From an uncultured Chloroflexia bacterium (GTDB lineage Bacteria; Chloroflexota; Anaerolineae; JAAYZQ01), in assembly GCA_963700285.1 (NCBI GenBank), contig CAVOXA010000001.1:1632001-1696000 (forward strand): DNA of 64,000 nucleotides. The letters are read 5' to 3'. The notes below the pieces were generated by a model. The model was not told the DNA's origin. It saw nothing but the letters and a program-made list of their open reading frames with translations, and searched no databases. A program made the position numbers and the translations under genes. This document shows, in pieces, positions 59,634 through 64,000 of the stretch (position 1 is its first letter; each line of letters opens with the position of its first letter).

Positions 59634-59801
59634 TGCCATTCCTCCTCATGTTTTGATTGATTCCACTTCTGTGGCTAGTATGACGGGCCTCTCCTGGTTT
59701 TCCAGTATCACCTCCTTGGGTTGGTGCTTTGTAGAGATAGACTGCACTTGCCGGTATTTTGCAGTGGAACCTTTGCCGCCCCTCTTTACCACAGGCTGCG
59801 C

Positions 59802-62800
59802 CTATTGGCGGCCAGCCAATAGAAAGGGTGCCGAAGCTGTGATCCCTTCATAGATCGCAGCCATCTCGGCCACCTCTTTCAGTGAAAATGTGCCCACAAA
59901 CGTTTCTTCGAGGGCCATTTCCAGGATAGCCAGATCAGGAGTGAGTTTGATGCTCATTCTGGCGTCATGAAAGAGCAGGGTGCCGTCCTGAATCCTGAGT
60001 TCTGATTCCCGACCTCGCTCCCGCCGCCAGATAGCGCCAGATCCCGCGGCGCCCCTAATGTAGAAGGCATTGTCGTCTTCCAGATCAAAATCCCGCTTTT
60101 CCAGAAAGAGCCTTGGCTTTTCGGTATAGGGCTTTCCCTCGTGAACGCAGAATGTGGCGCAGTCCCCACACTCGTTGCAGAAATCGTCCACGTGAATGAT
60201 CTGCCGGTCCTGCGTGATCGTGAATGCCTCACTGCCGCTGACGACGAGCTTTCCGTCGTGGCAGGACAGTTGCGGTACTTGCAGGCTCACCGGTGTGACA
60301 AAGTAGCTAAAGTTGGAGCGGTTGGGGCAGACCTCGATACACTTGTCGCAGAAGGTGGTACACTGTACGCACCTCAATGCCTCCGCCTGGGCGGTTTCTT
60401 CCGTTAGCGTGGCTTCGATCAGGTCAAAGCCCGTTCGTTGGGCCGGCGGCAGCATCTCCGCCCGGTGCTGATCTTCCTTCCTGGCCCGCACTCGCCTGAA
60501 GGGGACGATCTCTTCCTCCGTCAGCGATGCCGGGCGTGAGGGTAATTCTTGGAACGGAATGCCCAGTTTCTCGCAGATGCCTTCGGCGGCCCGGCGGCCG
60601 TCGGCACAGGCAGCGATGATGCTATCTGGCCCGTCCACGATATCGCCGCCTGCATAGACGCCGGACATGCCTGCCAGCCCGGTCTCGGGATCGACCTGGA
60701 TGGCTCCCCACTTGTGCATCGAGATCCCGCTGCCATCGAGGAACCTGATCTCTGGGCTCTGGCCGATGGCGACGATGACCGAGTCGGCCTTGATCAGGAA
60801 CTCGCTTCCCGCTATGGGAACCGGCCGCCGTCGCCCGCTGTCGTCCGGCTCGCCCAGTTCGTTCCTGATGCACTCGAGGCCTACCACGCAGCCATTTTCC
60901 AAGAGGATCCGAGTGGGAGAGGCCAGTTCGTGCAGGATGTTCCCTTCCTCAAAAGCACCTGCCAGCTCTTCCTCATTGGCCGGCATCTCCTCCTCAGTCC
61001 TCCGGTAGACGATGGTGACCGGGTTGCCTGTCAGGCGCTGAGCCACGCGCGTGGCATCCATGGCCGTGTCACCGCCGCCGATAACCAGGGCCTTGGAGCC
61101 CAGATCGGGCCGTTCCCCGTCTCGGACGCGTTCCAACAGGTCGAGGGCGGCAAAGATGCCCTTGGCTGTAGCGGCTGATTCATCTAGCCCCTCGATGCGC
61201 AGGGGGGTGTCCTTCTGGAATCCAGTGGCGACGAATACGGCGTCAAAGCCGTCCTGCAACAACGCTTCTGGGGGTCTGGTGACGGGCTCGGAGCGCCTGA
61301 CCTCAACGCCCAGGGCAGTGATGCGCCCAATATCCCGCTGGATGATCTCCTCTGGCAGCCGGAAGACAGGAACCAGGCGCAACATGCCGCCGACTGCGTC
61401 TTTGGCTTCAAAGACGGTGACCTTTAGGCCGCTCAGAGCTAGATAGTAGGCCGCTGAATAACCTGCAGGCCCGGCGCCAATGATGGCAACCCTGCGCTCT
61501 GGGCTACCGGCTTTGGGAACCGGGATCTGGACTTTGCCTCGTTCTTCGGCAAAGCGTTTTAGTGCCCGGATGGCCACCGGTGCTTCATAGTCGTTGCGCG
61601 TGCAGCGGGTCTTGCATAGCTCGGTACAGACATGGCCGGTTACCCCTGGCAAGGGGTTCCGGGCCAGGATGACCTCCAGCGCGCGGTCGTATTCGCCTTG
61701 AGCGATCAGCCAGGCGTATTCAGGCACATCCTGGCATACGGCGCACTGTTCCATGCAAGGAGCGACCACACAGTCAAACAGGCCCAGCCCCGATTCTACC
61801 TTGGGCAGTCCGTAGGGAAAGTAGCTCTTTTTGTAACGTGGCTCTTCTAGTGCTGCGGCAGCCATCCGCTCCAGGTTGGCCAGCTTGTCGCGGGAGAATT
61901 CGGCCAGGCTGGACGCGCCCTGAGCCCGCATCGCGGCTTCCAGATTCTCCAGGTATTGCAGGCACCTGGAGTAGCCTCCTGGTTTGAGCAGGTCGGAAGC
62001 TGCCGTCACCGGGAGGGCGCCGGCGGCCAAGATGCCGCTCACGTTGACGGCGTCCGCGCCGCCAGCATAAGAGACTTTCAGTTCGCCGCCAAACTCCCGA
62101 ACTAGTCTGTCAAAGAGGTTGATGGTGATGGGATACAGCGCTCGCCCGGACATGTACATTTCGTCGCCCGGGAGCTCCTCCCGGTGATTGGCCATGGCCA
62201 GGGTATTGCTTAGTTTCACGCCAAAGGTGAGCCCTCGCTGGGTGGCCGTTTCCTGCAGCGCCCTGATCATGGGCACTGCCCGGTCGTACTTGATGTCGTG
62301 CTCAAAGACCGAGGCGGGGATGTGGATCTCCCGATAGCCCAGCTCGTCATGAAGGATGTGCAGCACCTCATCTCTGCCAAGCAGAGTTGGGTTCAATTTA
62401 ACATAAGTGTGAAGCCCTCGCTCTTCCAACATGTAGCGGCAGATCGCTTCGATTTCGTCCGGGGGGCAGCCATGCATGGTGGACAGCGTCACGCTGTTGG
62501 AGAGTTGGGTGGGTATCTCGAGGCCGGAAAACTGGGGGAACTCGCTCTCCAGGGCCTTCTGGATCTCACCCAGCTCCGCTGAGGCGTCAAGCATCCGGTC
62601 CACAAAGCGGACCATGGGCGGGCTTTGGATGCCTTCAAGGTTGTAGCCAACGCTCATGTTAAAGATGGTGCCAAATGGCACCTGTTCCTCCAGGCCCAAA
62701 AGCTGGCGCAGGACGTGAATGAGGGCCCAGGCGTTGATGTATTCCCGGGTCGATTCATCCAGCTTGAGTTCTTGGGACCACTCGACGTTATAGCCCTCAT

Positions 62801-63110
62801 CCTCCATGTCGATGCATGGTCGGGGGATCTCGAGTTCGTCCATGATCTGGACGGTCTTGAGTTCCATGAAGCGACCGCCAGACAGCCAGGCGCAGATGAT
62901 GTTCTGGGCCAATTGCGTGTGCGGTCCCGCCGCCGGGCCAATGGGGGTGGCCAGGTGGTATCCAAACATCTCCTCAGCATAGGGTGCGTCGGGCGTGGGG
63001 ATGTAGAACAAGGACCGGTGAATGCCAAAGATGGAGTCGTTCTCTTCAAGCTCCTTCAAGATCCACTTGAGGAGAATGGAAAAAGGCTGGACTTTCATCG
63101 TTTCCGACAT
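59802..63110 (-). CDS. ygfK: YgfK (putative selenate reductase subunit / purine-catabolic Fe-S flavoprotein)
   Basis: GPAAGPHTQLAQNI, ELKTVQ, EGYNVEWS, TLSTMHGCPPDEIE, VKLNPTLLG, EMYMSGRALYP, GAGPAG, C..VCPNR.N and DFCNECG.C..FC. Confidence 0.93.
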   Translation of the reverse strand: MSETMKVQPFSILLKWILKELEENDSIFGIHRSLFYIPTPDAPYAEEMFGYHLATPIGPAAGPHTQLAQNIICAWLSGGRFMELKTVQIMDELEIPRPCIDMEDEGYNVEWSQELKLDESTREYINAWALIHVLRQLLGLEEQVPFGTIFNMSVGYNLEGIQSPPMVRFVDRMLDASAELGEIQKALESEFPQFSGLEIPTQLSNSVTLSTMHGCPPDEIEAICRYMLEERGLHTYVKLNPTLLGRDEVLHILHDELGYREIHIPASVFEHDIKYDRAVPMIRALQETATQRGLTFGVKLSNTLAMANHREELPGDEMYMSGRALYPITINLFDRLVREFGGELKVSYAGGADAVNVSGILAAGALPVTAASDLLKPGGYSRCLQYLENLEAAMRAQGASSLAEFSRDKLANLERMAAAALEEPRYKKSYFPYGLPKVESGLGLFDCVVAPCMEQCAVCQDVPEYAWLIAQGEYDRALEVILARNPLPGVTGHVCTELCKTRCTRNDYEAPVAIRALKRFAEERGKVQIPVPKAGSPERRVAIIGAGPAGYSAAYYLALSGLKVTVFEAKDAVGGMLRLVPVFRLPEEIIQRDIGRITALGVEVRRSEPVTRPPEALLQDGFDAVFVATGFQKDTPLRIEGLDESAATAKGIFAALDLLERVRDGERPDLGSKALVIGGGDTAMDATRVAQRLTGNPVTIVYRRTEEEMPANEEELAGAFEEGNILHELASPTRILLENGCVVGLECIRNELGEPDDSGRRRPVPIAGSEFLIKADSVIVAIGQSPEIRFLDGSGISMHKWGAIQVDPETGLAGMSGVYAGGDIVDGPDSIIAACADGRRAAEGICEKLGIPFQELPSRPASLTEEEIVPFRRVRARKEDQHRAEMLPPAQRTGFDLIEATLTEETAQAEALRCVQCTTFCDKCIEVCPNRSNFSYFVTPVSLQVPQLSCHDGKLVVSGSEAFTITQDRQIIHVDDFCNECGDCATFCVHEGKPYTEKPRLFLEKRDFDLEDDNAFYIRGAAGSGAIWRRERGRESELRIQDGTLLFHDARMSIKLTPDLAILEMALEETFVGTFSLKEVAEMAAIYEGITASAPFLLAGRQ

Positions 63111-63146
63111 GCTTCACCTCCTCGCGAAGTGACGCTGCTCGAACAG

Positions 63147-63175
63147 ATTATACCGTGAACCAGTCACAATGTCCA
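63147..63175 (-). promoter_or_regulatory. Sigma70 promoter of the ygfK operon
   Basis: TGGACA-17 nt-TATAAT; RBS GAGGAGGTG downstream. Confidence 0.7.
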
Positions 63176-63225
63176 GTGACTGACCTACCCAATCGTGGGT
63201 GTTAAGAAAGGCAGAAACAAAGCAT

Positions 63226-63262
63226 CCTGGGCACGGGCCAATCCCCGGAAGCCTGGCCCAGG
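63226..63262 (-). terminator. Possible terminator after the xdh gene
   Basis: CCTGGGC..GCCCAGG stem followed on the minus strand by a T-rich stretch. Confidence 0.35.
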
Positions 63263-63274
63263 TTCTTCCGCATT

Positions 63275-64000
63275 CTAATCTCTGATAGACAACCCTCTCA
63301 AGACCCGTTCTGGTGTAAGCGGCAACTCGTCGAACCAGGCCCCTGTGGCGTCGTGGATGGCCGCCACAAGCGCGGGGGCCAGTGGAATCAAGGGCATTTC
63401 ACCCATGCCCCGTATGCCCCATGCCGAGCGGGGATCAGGATACTCGACAATGACCGAGTCGACTCGTTCTGGCATGTCGCTGATGTTGGGAATCAGGTAG
63501 GTGCTGAGGTTGGGTGTCAGCACCCGGCCGTTGGCGGTGAGATAGTTTTCGCAGGTGGCCCAACCGATGGCCTGGGCCACCGCGCCCTCGATCTGCCCCT
63601 CAACCTGTTGGGGGTTGACGGCTTTGCCCACGTCGTCGGCGCAGATGACGCGCAGGATGTGGATCTGGCCAGTCTCGGTGTCCACTTCTACCTCGACGGC
63701 CTCGGCGACGTAACCGTAGGCAAAGTTGGGGGTGCCGTAGCCGGTCTCTGGATCAAACCGGGTGGTTTTTGGCGCCAGGTAGGTATGCTCGGCGACCGCC
63801 GGGCGTTCCTCGTCACGCCATCGCTTCAGCGCCTTCTCGGCCGCCCCCTGGATGGCGCTGCTGGCCATCACTGTCATGCGAGAGGAACTGACAGAGCCTG
63901 CATCTCCGGGGCTGGTGGCGGTGTCGGAAGCGACGAGGAGAACCCGATCGAGGGCGATGCCCAGTGCTTCCGCTGCCATCTGCTGGATGACTGTGTGCGT
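63275..64000 (-). CDS. Xanthine dehydrogenase-family Mo-binding subunit, C-terminal part (truncated by the window edge)
   Basis: DAGSVSSSR.T, VEVDTETG, DVGKAVNP..VEGQIEG and GIRGMGE. Confidence 0.9.
   Translation of the reverse strand, partial: THTVIQQMAAEALGIALDRVLLVASDTATSPGDAGSVSSSRMTVMASSAIQGAAEKALKRWRDEERPAVAEHTYLAPKTTRFDPETGYGTPNFAYGYVAEAVEVEVDTETGQIHILRVICADDVGKAVNPQQVEGQIEGAVAQAIGWATCENYLTANGRVLTPNLSTYLIPNISDMPERVDSVIVEYPDPRSAWGIRGMGEMPLIPLAPALVAAIHDATGAWFDELPLTPERVLRGLSIRD

Overview
This is a gene-dense chromosomal segment of high GC content, most likely from an anaerobic Chloroflexota (Anaerolineae-like) bacterium. The taxonomic call is an inference from a C-terminal YLPxIMK motif, Pro-Thr linkers and a CpXC protein. 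The window opens with a phosphotransacetylase-family (DRTGG) gene, enolase, an MFS transporter, a MEMO/AmmeMemoRadiSam B protein, an SDR, a DUF4139-like protein, an Fe-S protein, a tungsten-type aldehyde:ferredoxin oxidoreductase and a sulfatase remnant. Next is an unusual operon: TPP-dependent E1alpha/E1beta, amidohydrolase, ECF transporter (S, A-A', T), pterin-binding methyltransferase and E2. A divergent 1092-aa secreted protein follows, carrying 27 unrecognised Cys/Trp repeats plus GEVED and PKD domains. Then comes a heavily frameshifted operon (gcvPA/gcvPB-like, ATP-NAD kinase family, two SDRs, Cys/Thr-type proline-racemase-family dehydratase); the frameshifts are probably sequencing errors. 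After it lie a GH3-like membrane protein, a Ser/Thr kinase, an FHA-wHTH regulator, a CpXC protein and an SHMT-GcvT fusion. The window ends in a large anaerobic purine-catabolism cluster (xdh, ygfK, ssnA, xdhD/ygfM-like, 8-oxoguanine deaminase, MoaD, two BMP-type ABC transporters). The most notable observations are the Cys/Trp repeat protein, a recurring orphan perfect Shine-Dalgarno plus 3' hairpin layout around substrate-binding genes, and the two lipoyl/C1-linked operons of unknown substrate. No rRNA, tRNA, CRISPR array or mobile element was recognised. All family assignments come from motif recognition, not database searches.
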